A DNA stretch of 64,000 nt from Armatimonadota bacterium. GTDB taxonomy: Bacteria > Armatimonadota > Hebobacteria > CAIYQO01. The notes below the pieces were generated by a model. The model did no database searches and was not told the origin of the DNA. It saw only the letters and a list, made by a program, of their open reading frames with translations. Made by a program: the position numbers and the translations under genes. This document shows, in pieces, positions 1 to 10,117 of this stretch. The DNA is taken from positions 9,361 to 73,360 of the forward strand of contig JBBRXO010000003.1 in NCBI GenBank assembly GCA_038248345.1, written 5' to 3'. Every line of letters begins with the position of its first letter. Position 1 is the stretch's first letter.

Positions 1-1
1 G

Positions 2-187
2 AAGTTTGATGCCGGAGTTGATAACCTGGCCAGAGCTGCTGGTATTGACCGCGAATTGATCCTAAACCAGGCGATGATAACCCCTTCCTGCGGTACCGGA
101 TCATTGCCCGTCGCCGATGCGGAGATGGTCTTTAGTTTATTGGGGCAGACCAGTATTGCATTGCGACAGCGCATGGGCGTTATCTAA
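2..187 (+). CDS. 3' end of a MetE catalytic-core-like protein (MesB-type folate-independent methionine synthase candidate), partial
   Basis: Frame 2 reads KFDAGVDNLARAAGIDRELILNQAMITPSCGTGSLPVADAEMVFSLL...GVI*. ITPSCG(T)GSL is the C-terminal Zn-ligand motif of the Meth_synt_2 core family. It lies directly upstream of the acs operon and is absent from the ORF track because the window truncates it. Confidence 0.7.
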   Translation, partial: KFDAGVDNLARAAGIDRELILNQAMITPSCGTGSLPVADAEMVFSLLGQTSIALRQRMGVI

Positions 188-220
188 TAAGCGAAACCGA
201 AGGCATTTGGGAACAAATCA

Positions 221-1000
221 ATGAGTGCAACAATCGCAGTTACCGGGAAGGGAGGGGTCGGAAAAACCACCATCTCTTCCCTTATTATTCAGTGGCTCGT
301 AGCCACCGGGAAGTCGCCAGTACTGGCGGTGGATGCGGATAGCAACGCCAATTTGAACGAGGCACTCGGTGTTGAATACCGGGCATCTGTAGGCGGAATT
401 CGCGAAGATGCACGTAAAGTAGTAAAAGAGTTGGCGGGCATCGCCAAGCAGGAGTTCCTTGACCTGCAGGTGCAAGCGGCGTTGGTAGAGGAAGAGGGTT
501 ACGACCTGATCGTGATGGGACGCCCGGAAGGTCCGGGTTGCTATTGTTTTGCCAACAATGTACTGCGCGAAGTTATACAGCGGCTGGCGAACAACTATAG
601 CTATATTGTCATTGATAATGAGGCCGGGCTTGAACATCTGTCGCGCCGCACCGTGCTATCAGTTGATTATCTGATCATCGTCTCGGACTGCTCGGTACGG
701 GGGGTACGTACCGCCGGTCGCATCGCCGCGCTGGCGCAGGAGATGGGCACACCTGTGAAAGAGCGCGGTTTGATTGTCAACCGGGTGCCGGGTGGTGTCT
801 TACCCGCTGGTGTGCAGGCAGAGGTGGCGGCCACCGGGTTGACATTGCTGGCGGCTGTTCCGCATGATGCCAGTGTCGCCGAGATGGATGGCGGCGGTTT
901 TGCAGTCGCTTCAATACCTGCCGATGCACCTGCCCGTACGGCCATTAATATTTTACTCACAAATCTGATGTCCCGCGAGCCGGTGATATCTACGACATAA
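221..1000 (+). CDS. cooC: CO dehydrogenase/ACS nickel-insertion ATPase (CooC/AcsF)
   Basis: GKGGVGKTT deviant Walker A, DADSNANL, GPGCYC metal site, DNEAGLEHLSRR; adjacent to cooS. Confidence 0.93.
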   Translation: MSATIAVTGKGGVGKTTISSLIIQWLVATGKSPVLAVDADSNANLNEALGVEYRASVGGIREDARKVVKELAGIAKQEFLDLQVQAALVEEEGYDLIVMGRPEGPGCYCFANNVLREVIQRLANNYSYIVIDNEAGLEHLSRRTVLSVDYLIIVSDCSVRGVRTAGRIAALAQEMGTPVKERGLIVNRVPGGVLPAGVQAEVAATGLTLLAAVPHDASVAEMDGGGFAVASIPADAPARTAINILLTNLMSREPVISTT

Positions 1001-1045
1001 GAATTCTAATCAAAAGTTGAACCTAACCTGAGGAGCTAAACCCTG

Positions 1046-2998
1046 ATGTCAAACGCGCTAGATCAAAGCCCAGCGGATACTCACTCAATCGATCAGGCTA
1101 TCAATACGATGATAGGCGTCGCCAAGAGTGAAGGTATCGCCACAGTATGGGATCGTTATAAGACCCAGATGCCCCAATGTAAATTCGGGCTCACCGGTGT
1201 TTGCTGTAAAATATGCCATATGGGGCCGTGCCGTATTACGCCGAAAGCCCCGTTAGGGATATGTGGCGCCAATGCTGATACCATTGCTGCCCGCAATTTG
1301 CTACGCGAGATCGCCGCCGGTACCGCGGCGCACTCCGATCATGGTCGCCACCTGGTGAAGACACTGCGCCAAGTAGCGCAAGGACGTGGTGGAACCTATA
1401 AGATCACTGATCCACATCGTCTGCATGAGGTTGCCAGCGCATTTGAGATTGAGACGGAAGGGCGCGATGACCTGGCGATTGCCGGGGATTTGGCGGACTT
1501 TTGCTTCCAGCAATTTGCTTGGTCAGAAGAGCCTAACTTCACCTTGCGGATGGCGCCGGAGAAACGCCAGGCGTTGTGGAAAAAGTTGGAGATTGAACCG
1601 CACGGGATTGATGCCGCAGTAGTGGAGTTGATGCACCGCACACACATGGGCGTCGACCACGATTACCGTCACCTTATCATGGGTGGGCTAAAATGCTCAA
1701 TCGCGGACGGTTGGGTAGGGTCATTGATCGCCACTGCGGTGTCAGACATTTTGTTCGGAACGCCGAAGCCGTTGCGGAGTACTGTTAATCTCGGTGTCCT
1801 CTGTGATGATAAAGTGAATATCATCGTCCATGGGCACGAGCCTACGCTCTCCGATATGCTCGCAGTTGCCGCTATGGATGATGAGCTACTTGCTTATGCT
1901 AAGTCGAAAGGCTCTGATGGCATAAATATCGCCGGTATTTGCTGTACCGCCAATGAGGTATTGATGCGGCACGGCCTGCCAATCGCCGGTAATTTCCTGC
2001 AACAGGAGTTGGCTATCATCACTGGCGCAGTCGAGATGATGATCGTAGATGTGCAATGTATCATGCCGTCGTTGCCGGAAGTGATGAAGTGTTTCCACAC
2101 CAAGCTGATTAGCACATCTGAGATAGCGCAGACAATTAACGCAGAACAGATTAACTTCGAGGTGGAGCATGGGTATGAGCAAGCTTGTGATTTGATTCGT
2201 ATGGCTATTGATAACTTCGCGAATCGCGATAATTCACGAGTGAATATCCCCAAGGAATCAATGGATCTGGTAGCAGGGTTTTCTAACGAGGCCATTTTCC
2301 AGATGCTCGGTGGGCGCTTCCGCAGCACTTTCCGCCCGCTCAATGATGCAATTATTGATGGGCGTGTCCGTGGCGTGGTAGGTATCGTCGGTTGCAACAA
2401 CCCGAAGGTACGTACCGACGAATCGCACGTAATACTCACTCGCGAGTTGATCAAAAATAACTACCTGATATTGGAGACCGGCTGTGCCGCTATCGCCTGT
2501 GCGAAGAATGGTCTGCTAACACCGGAGGCTGCATTAGAATTTGCTGGTGACTCACTGCGTGAAGTCTGCGAAGCGGTGGGAATACCACCGGTGTTGCATA
2601 TGGGTTCATGCGTGGACAACAGCCGTATTCTACTCGCCGCCACCAACGTCATGCTTGAAGGCGGGCTGGGGACAGATCTCTCTGATTTGCCGGTAGCTGG
2701 CGCCGCGCCCGAGATGATGTCGGAGAAGGCTGTCGCCATCGGGAGTTATTTCGTCGCTAGCGGCGTTTATGTGGTGTTGGGGCAGCCCCTCTATGTGGAA
2801 GGCAGTGAGAACGTCACCAAGCTCCTCACAGAAGAGATGGAAGATATCACTGGTGGTAAATTCGCCTGGGAGCCAGATCCGTTGAAGGCTGCAAAATTGA
2901 TTATGGATCACATCGAGAAGAAGCGTGATGCCCTGGGCATCAATGCCAAGAAGGAGCGAAAGTTGTACGACATGAAAGAGCGGAGGGAGCTTCAATGA
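1046..2998 (+). CDS. cooS: Anaerobic Ni-Fe carbon monoxide dehydrogenase catalytic subunit (CooS/AcsA)
   Basis: CKFGLTGVCCKICHMGPC..GICG B/D-cluster motif; C-cluster ligands in HGHEP, GICCT, DVQC, VGCNN, TGCA, GSCVDN; SEKA; RBS AGGAG upstream. Confidence 0.97.
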   Translation: MSNALDQSPADTHSIDQAINTMIGVAKSEGIATVWDRYKTQMPQCKFGLTGVCCKICHMGPCRITPKAPLGICGANADTIAARNLLREIAAGTAAHSDHGRHLVKTLRQVAQGRGGTYKITDPHRLHEVASAFEIETEGRDDLAIAGDLADFCFQQFAWSEEPNFTLRMAPEKRQALWKKLEIEPHGIDAAVVELMHRTHMGVDHDYRHLIMGGLKCSIADGWVGSLIATAVSDILFGTPKPLRSTVNLGVLCDDKVNIIVHGHEPTLSDMLAVAAMDDELLAYAKSKGSDGINIAGICCTANEVLMRHGLPIAGNFLQQELAIITGAVEMMIVDVQCIMPSLPEVMKCFHTKLISTSEIAQTINAEQINFEVEHGYEQACDLIRMAIDNFANRDNSRVNIPKESMDLVAGFSNEAIFQMLGGRFRSTFRPLNDAIIDGRVRGVVGIVGCNNPKVRTDESHVILTRELIKNNYLILETGCAAIACAKNGLLTPEAALEFAGDSLREVCEAVGIPPVLHMGSCVDNSRILLAATNVMLEGGLGTDLSDLPVAGAAPEMMSEKAVAIGSYFVASGVYVVLGQPLYVEGSENVTKLLTEEMEDITGGKFAWEPDPLKAAKLIMDHIEKKRDALGINAKKERKLYDMKERRELQ

Positions 2999-5900
2999 GT
3001 AAGATAATCGCCGCCTCCGCAATTAGAGGCGCTCATAAAATTGTCAATGACGCAGAAGCTATGGTTCGCAAGGCCATAGCAGAAAAGGGCGCTGACTGCG
3101 AGGTTGGATTCCCTGATACTACCTATTATCTACCGGTTATTTATTCTTTACTCGGTAAAAAAGTAGAGAAACTGGCTGACATGGAAGATATCCTGGCGGA
3201 ATGTCGCAATCTGTTGCCACCCATACCGCGCGACGGCATCTGGCTCCCGTATCTGGGCGGTACGCTTGACTCCGGCATGGCTACACTATTTGCCTTTGAG
3301 CTGATCGAGGCGTGCAAATACCTTATCGGTCCCAATCCGGTGAACGGCATATGGCTAGGAGCCGCGGGCGATGTCATCATCCGTGAGCGCGGTATTGAGT
3401 TCGTCGATGGCTCCGCCCCTGGCTTTGCCGCCGTGGTAGGAGCGGCACCCGATAAAGAGACCGCCGTGAAGATAGCCCATGAGCTGCAGGAGAAGAACCT
3501 CTATATCTTCCTGGCGGGCAATACCAATGGCGTCTCCTTCGCAGAGCAACTGGAAGAAGCGGGCGTGGAACTGGGCTGGGATACGCGCCTGGTGCCCTTT
3601 GGCAAAGATATATCCTCCGCTGTTTACGCGCTGGGGTTTGCCAATCGTGCAGCGCTCTCCTTCGGCGGTGTTAAGCCGGGTGACTATGCGGCAAACTTGA
3701 AGTACAACAAAAACCGCATCTTCGCTTTTGTTATGGCTCTCGGTGAAGTGACAGATGAAGACTATGCGGCGGCTGCTGGAGCTATCTCCTACGGTTTCCC
3801 CACCATCGCCGATACTGACATACCGGAGATTTTGCCCACGGGAATCTGCACGTACGAGCATGTGGTGGCAAATATCCCCCATGACCGTATTGTGGAGAAA
3901 TGCCTGGAAGTGCGTGGCTGTAAGATCAAAATCACCAAAGTACCCATCCCGGTATCATATGGCGCGGCTTTCGAAGGTGAGCGTATCCGCAAGGAGCAGA
4001 CCTTTGTAGAATTCGGCGGCAACAAGACGCACGGGTTTGAGTATGTAACCACTAAAGAAATAGCGGATGTAGAGGACGGCAAGATGACCGTCATCGGCCC
4101 TGATGTAGATGATGTGGAGGCAGGCAGCGCTCTGCCGCTAGCCATCTGGGTTGAGGTCGCCGGACGCAAAATGCAGCCGGACTTTGAGCCGATCCTGGAA
4201 CGTCAGATACATCACCTCATCAACGGTGCCGAAGGCATCTGGCATATGGGACAACGCGACATCATCTGGATGCGCATCAGCAAAGCCGCCAAGGAAAAAG
4301 GCTTCAGCATCAAACATTTCGGTGAGATCATTCACGCGAAGTTGCTCAATGAGTACCCGGCCATCGTGGACAAAGTGCAGGTAACGCTGGTTACCGATAA
4401 GGACGAAGTAGAGCGACGGTTGGACATTGCGCGGCGCAGCTATCGCGAACGCAACCTGCGCGTAGAGTCGATGACTGACGAGAGCGTTGACACCTTCTAT
4501 TCATGTCTGCTCTGCCAGAGTTTCGCCCCCAACCATGTCTGCGTCATCACGCCGGAGCGACTGGGTCTCTGCGGCGCTTACAACTGGTTAGACGGCAAGG
4601 CCGCCTATGAGATTGACCCCACCGGCCCCAATCAGCCGCTCATCAAAGGTGAATGTATCGATCCGGTGCGCGGGCAGTGGAAAGATATCAACGAGTACGT
4701 CTACTCTAACTCTAAGCAGACCATTGAGCGTTTTAACGCTTATTCAATGCTGGAAGACCCGATGACCAGTTGTGGCTGTTTTGAGGCTATCGTCGCCATG
4801 CTGCCGGAGTGCAATGGGGTGATGATCGTCAACCGTGAGTTCCCCGGCGATACTCCGGCGGGAATGCGATTCTCTACACTGGCGGGGAGTACGGGGGGCG
4901 GGCAGCAGACTCCCGGTTTCATCGGCGTCGGCAAAGCCTATATTGTCAGTAAGAAATTCATCTCGGCGGAAGGCGGGCATAAGCGCATCGTCTGGATGCC
5001 GCGTGAGCTGAAAGAAGCGCTGAAAGAAGACCTGGAGTTGATCGGCAAACGTCTCGGTATTGAGAACTATTGTGATCTTATCGCAGATGAGACCGTCGGG
5101 TCAGATACCGCCTCTGTCAACGCCTATATGCAGAAGGTCAATCACCCGGCGCTGACCATGTGGGATGTAACCACCCCTTCACCGGAATGCGCTGCCATTG
5201 ACGCTGCGCGCGGCGTTGTAGCTGCTACCGCTCCAATTGAGGCGGATGCTCCGGTGGTAACAGCAAATGTAGAAAAAGCAGCAGCGCCAGTCGTTGCCGT
5301 GGCACCGACAGCAGTTGCTGTGGCCGCCCCGGCGCCAGTGGTAGCTGCAAATCAAGTAGATGGTCTGTCCTATGTCATATCAGTACTTGATAAAGTGCGT
5401 GCCACGGGCGTTGCACCGGTTGCTGGTACCAATATGGATCAGCAGATGGCCGCCTTGCAGATGTCCACCGCGGTGAATCTGCTGACAGCTGGCGCCAATA
5501 TGCTGCTAATGTACAGTGGCGCACTCGGCCAGGTACCGGTGGCTCCTGTTGCGTTGCCTATTGCTCACACGGCAGTAACGGAAGTAGATGTGGCAGTGGC
5601 TCCGACGGTTCACCCGATAGCTGCCACATGGGATACCCCGATACTGGTTAAAGAGAAACTGGTTACCTCGGCGAAAATTGCCGTCCCCGCTACCTTTAAG
5701 ATACCGGGCGAAAGCGCTAGCTTGTCAGTTCGTGAGGTCACCCTTGGTGGTAGTGGTACGCGCACCTCGTCGCTCACCCTCGGTGGAGCCAGCGTATTGC
5801 CCTTCCGCCATTACGAGGGTAACATTGGGCGCACTCCGGCAATTGCTATGGAGGTATTTGACCGTCTGCCACGCAACTACCCACAGTCATTGCGGGACGC

Positions 5901-6648
5901 CTACGGAGATATGCTCACCGATGCGCCGAAGATGGCGAAGTACTGCGTCGAGGAGCTAGGCGCGCAGGCAATCAGCATTCGTTTGGACAGCACCCACCCG
6001 GACAATGAGGACACCTCTCCGGCGGCCGCGTGCGACTTTGTACAGGGCGTGCTTAGTGCCGTCGGTGTGCCGATTATTGTCACCGGCCCCAGCCATTACG
6101 AGAAGAACAATGCCGTGATGAAACAGGTAGCAAGCACCTTCACTGGCGAGAACTTGCTGCTGAACTGGGTGGAGACGGATAACTACAAAACCATCGCCGC
6201 CGCCGCCATGGCATATAACCATTGTATTGTGACGCAGACCCCGATTGACGTGAATATGGCTAAACAGTTGAATATTCTCGTCACTAATATGGGGCTAGCT
6301 CCCGAAAAAATCATCATCGACGCGCTGACCGGCGCGCTGGGGTACGGTCTGGAGTACACTTACTCGGTGATGGAGCGTATCCGTAGCTCGGTCTTCACCG
6401 GAGACAGTATGCTGGCATTGCCGATGTTAGGCACGCCCGGCTACGAGATCGCCAAAACAAAAGAAAGCAAAGCGCCGCAAAGCTCCTTCAAAAATTGGGG
6501 CCCAGAGAGCGAGCGGGGCGCATTACTGGAGATCGCAACTGCGATGAGTTTGCTCAATGCTGGCGCTGATCTGCTGGTGATGTATCACCCCATCGCGGCA
6601 ACAACCGTGAAGAAAAAAATTGCCGAGATGACTCGGTTAGAGGACTAA
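2995..6648 (+). CDS. acsB: Fusion of bacterial acetyl-CoA synthase (AcsB) and corrinoid Fe-S protein small subunit (AcsD) via an Ala/Val/Pro-rich linker
   Basis: aa ~1-720 are AcsB (CLLCQSFAPNHVC, GLCG, TSCGCFE, ending HPALTM). aa ~900-1217 are AcsD (VREVTLG, TPIDVNMAKQLN, GYGLEYTYSVMERIR, AGADLLVMYHP). One uninterrupted frame; ATGA overlap with the cooS stop. Confidence 0.93.
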   Translation: MSKIIAASAIRGAHKIVNDAEAMVRKAIAEKGADCEVGFPDTTYYLPVIYSLLGKKVEKLADMEDILAECRNLLPPIPRDGIWLPYLGGTLDSGMATLFAFELIEACKYLIGPNPVNGIWLGAAGDVIIRERGIEFVDGSAPGFAAVVGAAPDKETAVKIAHELQEKNLYIFLAGNTNGVSFAEQLEEAGVELGWDTRLVPFGKDISSAVYALGFANRAALSFGGVKPGDYAANLKYNKNRIFAFVMALGEVTDEDYAAAAGAISYGFPTIADTDIPEILPTGICTYEHVVANIPHDRIVEKCLEVRGCKIKITKVPIPVSYGAAFEGERIRKEQTFVEFGGNKTHGFEYVTTKEIADVEDGKMTVIGPDVDDVEAGSALPLAIWVEVAGRKMQPDFEPILERQIHHLINGAEGIWHMGQRDIIWMRISKAAKEKGFSIKHFGEIIHAKLLNEYPAIVDKVQVTLVTDKDEVERRLDIARRSYRERNLRVESMTDESVDTFYSCLLCQSFAPNHVCVITPERLGLCGAYNWLDGKAAYEIDPTGPNQPLIKGECIDPVRGQWKDINEYVYSNSKQTIERFNAYSMLEDPMTSCGCFEAIVAMLPECNGVMIVNREFPGDTPAGMRFSTLAGSTGGGQQTPGFIGVGKAYIVSKKFISAEGGHKRIVWMPRELKEALKEDLELIGKRLGIENYCDLIADETVGSDTASVNAYMQKVNHPALTMWDVTTPSPECAAIDAARGVVAATAPIEADAPVVTANVEKAAAPVVAVAPTAVAVAAPAPVVAANQVDGLSYVISVLDKVRATGVAPVAGTNMDQQMAALQMSTAVNLLTAGANMLLMYSGALGQVPVAPVALPIAHTAVTEVDVAVAPTVHPIAATWDTPILVKEKLVTSAKIAVPATFKIPGESASLSVREVTLGGSGTRTSSLTLGGASVLPFRHYEGNIGRTPAIAMEVFDRLPRNYPQSLRDAYGDMLTDAPKMAKYCVEELGAQAISIRLDSTHPDNEDTSPAAACDFVQGVLSAVGVPIIVTGPSHYEKNNAVMKQVASTFTGENLLLNWVETDNYKTIAAAAMAYNHCIVTQTPIDVNMAKQLNILVTNMGLAPEKIIIDALTGALGYGLEYTYSVMERIRSSVFTGDSMLALPMLGTPGYEIAKTKESKAPQSSFKNWGPESERGALLEIATAMSLLNAGADLLVMYHPIAATTVKKKIAEMTRLED

Positions 6649-6661
6649 AGGGAGCACGAAG

Positions 6662-8005
6662 ATGGCATTAACTGGTCTGGATATCTTTAAAATATTGCCC
6701 AAAACCAACTGTACTGAATGTGGCGTGCCCACTTGTATGGCATTTGCCATGAAGTTGGCCGCCAAAAGTGTCGAGCTCTCCGCTTGTCCGTATGCCTCGG
6801 AAGAGGCAAAGACAAAGATCGGCGCGGCGAGTAAGCCCCCGATCAGGTTGGTCAAACTCGGGCCAACTGATCGTGAGGTGTTACTGGGGAACGAAACCGT
6901 GATGTTTCGTCACGAGAAGACCTTCGTTCATCCCCCAGCCTTCGCAGTAGCCTTCTCCGATGAGCAATCAGCGGGCGACCTGGCGCATCTCACCGCTACT
7001 GTGCGTGAATATTGCCTGGAGCGCGTGGGTGAGGAGCTTACTCTCGATCTGGTACTGATTGAAAACACCAGCGAAGAGGTAGAGCCGTTCATAGCCGCTA
7101 TCCGCGCAGTGGCGGCCAGCGCCGGACGCGGGGTGATCCTGAAGAGTAGCAACGTGGCGGCTCTGGAAGCTGGTGCGCAATTGCTGGAAGGTCAGCGTCC
7201 CTTATTACATGCGGCGACCACCGAAAATGTGGATGCCGTGGCAGCTATTGCGCTGAAATACAAATGCGCGGTGGTAGCGCAGGCCGCGACGCTGGATGAA
7301 CTGGCGGCGCTGACAAAGAAGCTGGCCGCGCTGGGTGTGCAAGATATCGTGCTCGATATCCCGGCGGATAATATCGCGGCTACGCTGCAGAATAATACCC
7401 TTGCGCGTAAGGCGGCATTGAAGACCGCTTTTGAACCGATGGGCTACCCGGTCATCAACTTCGTTGTAGAGGAAGACCTGCCCAGTCTGGTGGCAGATGC
7501 TTCGACTTTGATCTGTAAATACGCGTCGATCCTGGTGATAGATACACTTTCCTATCAGGCGCTATTGCCGTTGATGATGTTACGGCAGAATATCTATACC
7601 GACCCGCAGAAACCGATCCAAGTAGAGCCGAAGATCTACCCCATCGGGGAGCCGGATGATAATTCACCGGTACTGGTTACTACCAACTTCTCGCTGACAT
7701 ACTTCATCGTTTCGGGAGAGATTGAGAACTCAGGTATATCCGCGCACCTCGTTATTGTCGAATGCGAAGGGATGAGCGTGCTTACCGCCTGGGCAGCCGG
7801 GAAGTTCTCCGGCGAGAAGATCGCGCAGTTCATCAAATCCTCCGGCCTGGAACAGCAGGTTAAAACCCGCCGCCTCATCATCCCCGGCTATGTCGCGCAG
7901 ATCAGCGGCGACCTGGAAGAGGGGCTGAAAGGCTGGGAGATAGTCGTCGGACCGCAAGAAGCATCCGACCTGGGGCCGTTTATGAAGCTACAGGTGGGTA
8001 AGTAA
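6662..8005 (+). CDS. acsC: Corrinoid iron-sulfur protein large (gamma) subunit
   Basis: LPKTNCTECGVPTCMAFA..CPY, ETVMFRHEKTF, RQNIYTDPQKP, TTNFSLTYF, SVLTAWAAGKF. Confidence 0.97.
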   Translation: MALTGLDIFKILPKTNCTECGVPTCMAFAMKLAAKSVELSACPYASEEAKTKIGAASKPPIRLVKLGPTDREVLLGNETVMFRHEKTFVHPPAFAVAFSDEQSAGDLAHLTATVREYCLERVGEELTLDLVLIENTSEEVEPFIAAIRAVAASAGRGVILKSSNVAALEAGAQLLEGQRPLLHAATTENVDAVAAIALKYKCAVVAQAATLDELAALTKKLAALGVQDIVLDIPADNIAATLQNNTLARKAALKTAFEPMGYPVINFVVEEDLPSLVADASTLICKYASILVIDTLSYQALLPLMMLRQNIYTDPQKPIQVEPKIYPIGEPDDNSPVLVTTNFSLTYFIVSGEIENSGISAHLVIVECEGMSVLTAWAAGKFSGEKIAQFIKSSGLEQQVKTRRLIIPGYVAQISGDLEEGLKGWEIVVGPQEASDLGPFMKLQVGK

Positions 8006-8054
8006 ACCCAGCGGCCACCTCCAGGCCTTTGAGCTAGAAACTAGGAGCAAAAAT

Positions 8055-9977
8055 ATGCCTATAGTTCGCTTTCTACCCGGCAATACCACTGTAGAAGTCC
8101 CCGTTGGCACTCTCATTCATGAGGCGGCTATCAAGGCGGGGATAGAAGAGTTACATCTTCCATGTGGTGGTAAAGGTACATGCGGGCGGTGCCTGGTGGA
8201 GATCGTTGAGGGCACGACAGATGGGGTGGGACACTCGCATTTGGCCGATGCTTTGGCTGGCGGGCGGCTAGTGATGGCGTGCCAGACGAAGGTGCGCGAG
8301 GATATAACCGTTGGCATACGCCCCAAGCATGATGACACTATGCGGGTGGTGGGTGACAGTCATTTGCTCATCGGCGATGACCTGTTGCCGGATATTGATG
8401 ATCTCTCACCGCTCTACCGCTTTGTGCAATTGACGGTACCCGAGGCATCAATTGAAGAGCATTATAGTGACTGGCAACGCATCGTACGGCTGTTAGGCGA
8501 CTGGGATCGCACATTGCCAACTTGCCCCCTGAACGTTACAACCGATATTACAGTATTACGTCAGCTAGCCGAGGTATTGCGAGCACAGGATGGCCGTGTG
8601 ACAGTGACTATCCGCGAGGAAGATGCCGGTATACACGTTCTAGCGGTGGAAGCCGGGCATGTGGAAAAGAAAGCCTATGGGCTGGCAATCGACATCGGCA
8701 CAACCACCGTGGCAGTGCAACTGGTTGACCTGGTTGCGGGCCGTGTAATAGCGAGTCGTACTTCTTATAACGCACAGATTCGCCGTGGTGGTGATATCAT
8801 CAGTCGTATCGACTACGCTCGCACACCAGAGCGGCAAGAGGAATTACGTGGGCTGGTGCTGGAGACATTGCGTGAATTGATCGCAGATACTCTCGCCTGT
8901 ACGCGTACTGATTCGCAAGCGGTGTATGCAGCTTTCATCGCTGGCAACACTACCATGATCCACCTGCTACTCGCCCTGCCTCCGCGATACATTCGCGAGT
9001 CACCATACGTACCCACCGTCAACACCGTGCCAACGCTTACCGCCGCCGAAGTGGGACTACCGATCAACCCTACCGCAATAGTATCCTGCGCGCCGGGGGT
9101 GGGTAGTTATGTGGGCGGCGATATTACTGCTGGATTGCTCTGCACCGAGTTGACGACTAACAGCGAAGAGGTGTTTCTCTTTTTGGATATCGGCACCAAT
9201 GGTGAGATTGTGCTGGGTAATGCCGATTGGTTGGTCACCTGCGCCTGCTCTGCCGGGCCAGCTTTTGAAGGTTCTGGTATCAAGTGCGGTATGCGCGCAA
9301 CTGACGGCGCTATTGAATACTTCGCTATAGCACCTGGAATGCAGGAGATTAGCTACGATGTTATCGGTAATGGTAAACCAGCGGGTATCTGCGGTTCTGG
9401 CCTGATTTCGCTACTGGGCGAGTTACTATTGCGCGGTGTGGTTGACCAAATGGGGCGTTTCAATATGGAGCTGCCCACCGACAGGCTTATAAAAACACCT
9501 AACGGTAATGCCTTCGTGCTGGAGTTTGCCGCTGAGACGCAAGCTGGTGCTGACCTTTTCATTACCGAGGCAGATATTGAAAACCTGATGCGCACGAAAG
9601 CGGCGATTTATGCTGCTTGCGCGCTCATACTCGATAATGTCGGATTGGCTTGGAGCGCAATATCGCATGTCTATATCGCAGGTGGTTTTGGGCGCTATAT
9701 CCAGATAGATGACGCTATCATGATCGGGCTGTTGCCTGACTTGGAGGCCGAACGCTTCCATTATATCGGCAACTCCGCCCTCACTGGCGCTTATATCGCT
9801 TTGTTGACCGCCAAGGGCCGGCAGCAACTAGCCACCACCGCTGCGCGCATGACCTACATCGATTTAAGTAGCGATCATCGCTACATGGACAGCTACCTAG
9901 GCGCACTCTTCCTGCCACATACAGATATGACGCAATTCCCCACCGTGGCGGAGAAGATGATGGCGGCGCGGGCATAA
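8055..9977 (+). CDS. acsV: Reductive activator of corrinoid protein (RACo/AcsV; 2Fe-2S plus ASKHA ATPase)
   Basis: CGGKGTCGRC..ACQ 2Fe-2S motif; DIGTTT, DIGTNGE, SAGPAFEG, GICGSG, AGGFG. Confidence 0.92.
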   Translation: MPIVRFLPGNTTVEVPVGTLIHEAAIKAGIEELHLPCGGKGTCGRCLVEIVEGTTDGVGHSHLADALAGGRLVMACQTKVREDITVGIRPKHDDTMRVVGDSHLLIGDDLLPDIDDLSPLYRFVQLTVPEASIEEHYSDWQRIVRLLGDWDRTLPTCPLNVTTDITVLRQLAEVLRAQDGRVTVTIREEDAGIHVLAVEAGHVEKKAYGLAIDIGTTTVAVQLVDLVAGRVIASRTSYNAQIRRGGDIISRIDYARTPERQEELRGLVLETLRELIADTLACTRTDSQAVYAAFIAGNTTMIHLLLALPPRYIRESPYVPTVNTVPTLTAAEVGLPINPTAIVSCAPGVGSYVGGDITAGLLCTELTTNSEEVFLFLDIGTNGEIVLGNADWLVTCACSAGPAFEGSGIKCGMRATDGAIEYFAIAPGMQEISYDVIGNGKPAGICGSGLISLLGELLLRGVVDQMGRFNMELPTDRLIKTPNGNAFVLEFAAETQAGADLFITEADIENLMRTKAAIYAACALILDNVGLAWSAISHVYIAGGFGRYIQIDDAIMIGLLPDLEAERFHYIGNSALTGAYIALLTAKGRQQLATTAARMTYIDLSSDHRYMDSYLGALFLPHTDMTQFPTVAEKMMAARA

Positions 9978-9998
9978 TATTTTGATTGTCGAGATGAC

Positions 9999-10089
9999 TG
10001 TAGGGGCACAAGGCTTGTGCCCAAGTCTTAACCATACGATTTGTATAATAGAAAACTCGGAAAGAGGGCACATGCCATGTGCCCCTACA
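9999..10089. repeat. REPIN-like doublet, GTAG-type REP (copy 1)
   Basis: TGTAGGGGCACAAGGCTTGTGCCC ... GGGCACATGCCATGTGCCCCTACA, two small hairpins in inverted orientation; near-identical ends recur at 57830-57927. Confidence 0.85.
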
Positions 10090-10117
10090 ATATTTAACGG
10101 ATACAGGAGGACTAATT

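Noticed and set aside
10079-10117. ORF-track N-terminal extensions (also ankyrin 57787-57855, GH52 42463-42582, iscS 16775-16822)
   Set aside because: The extensions run into REP or promoter DNA, and better starts with SD or -10 signals exist downstream
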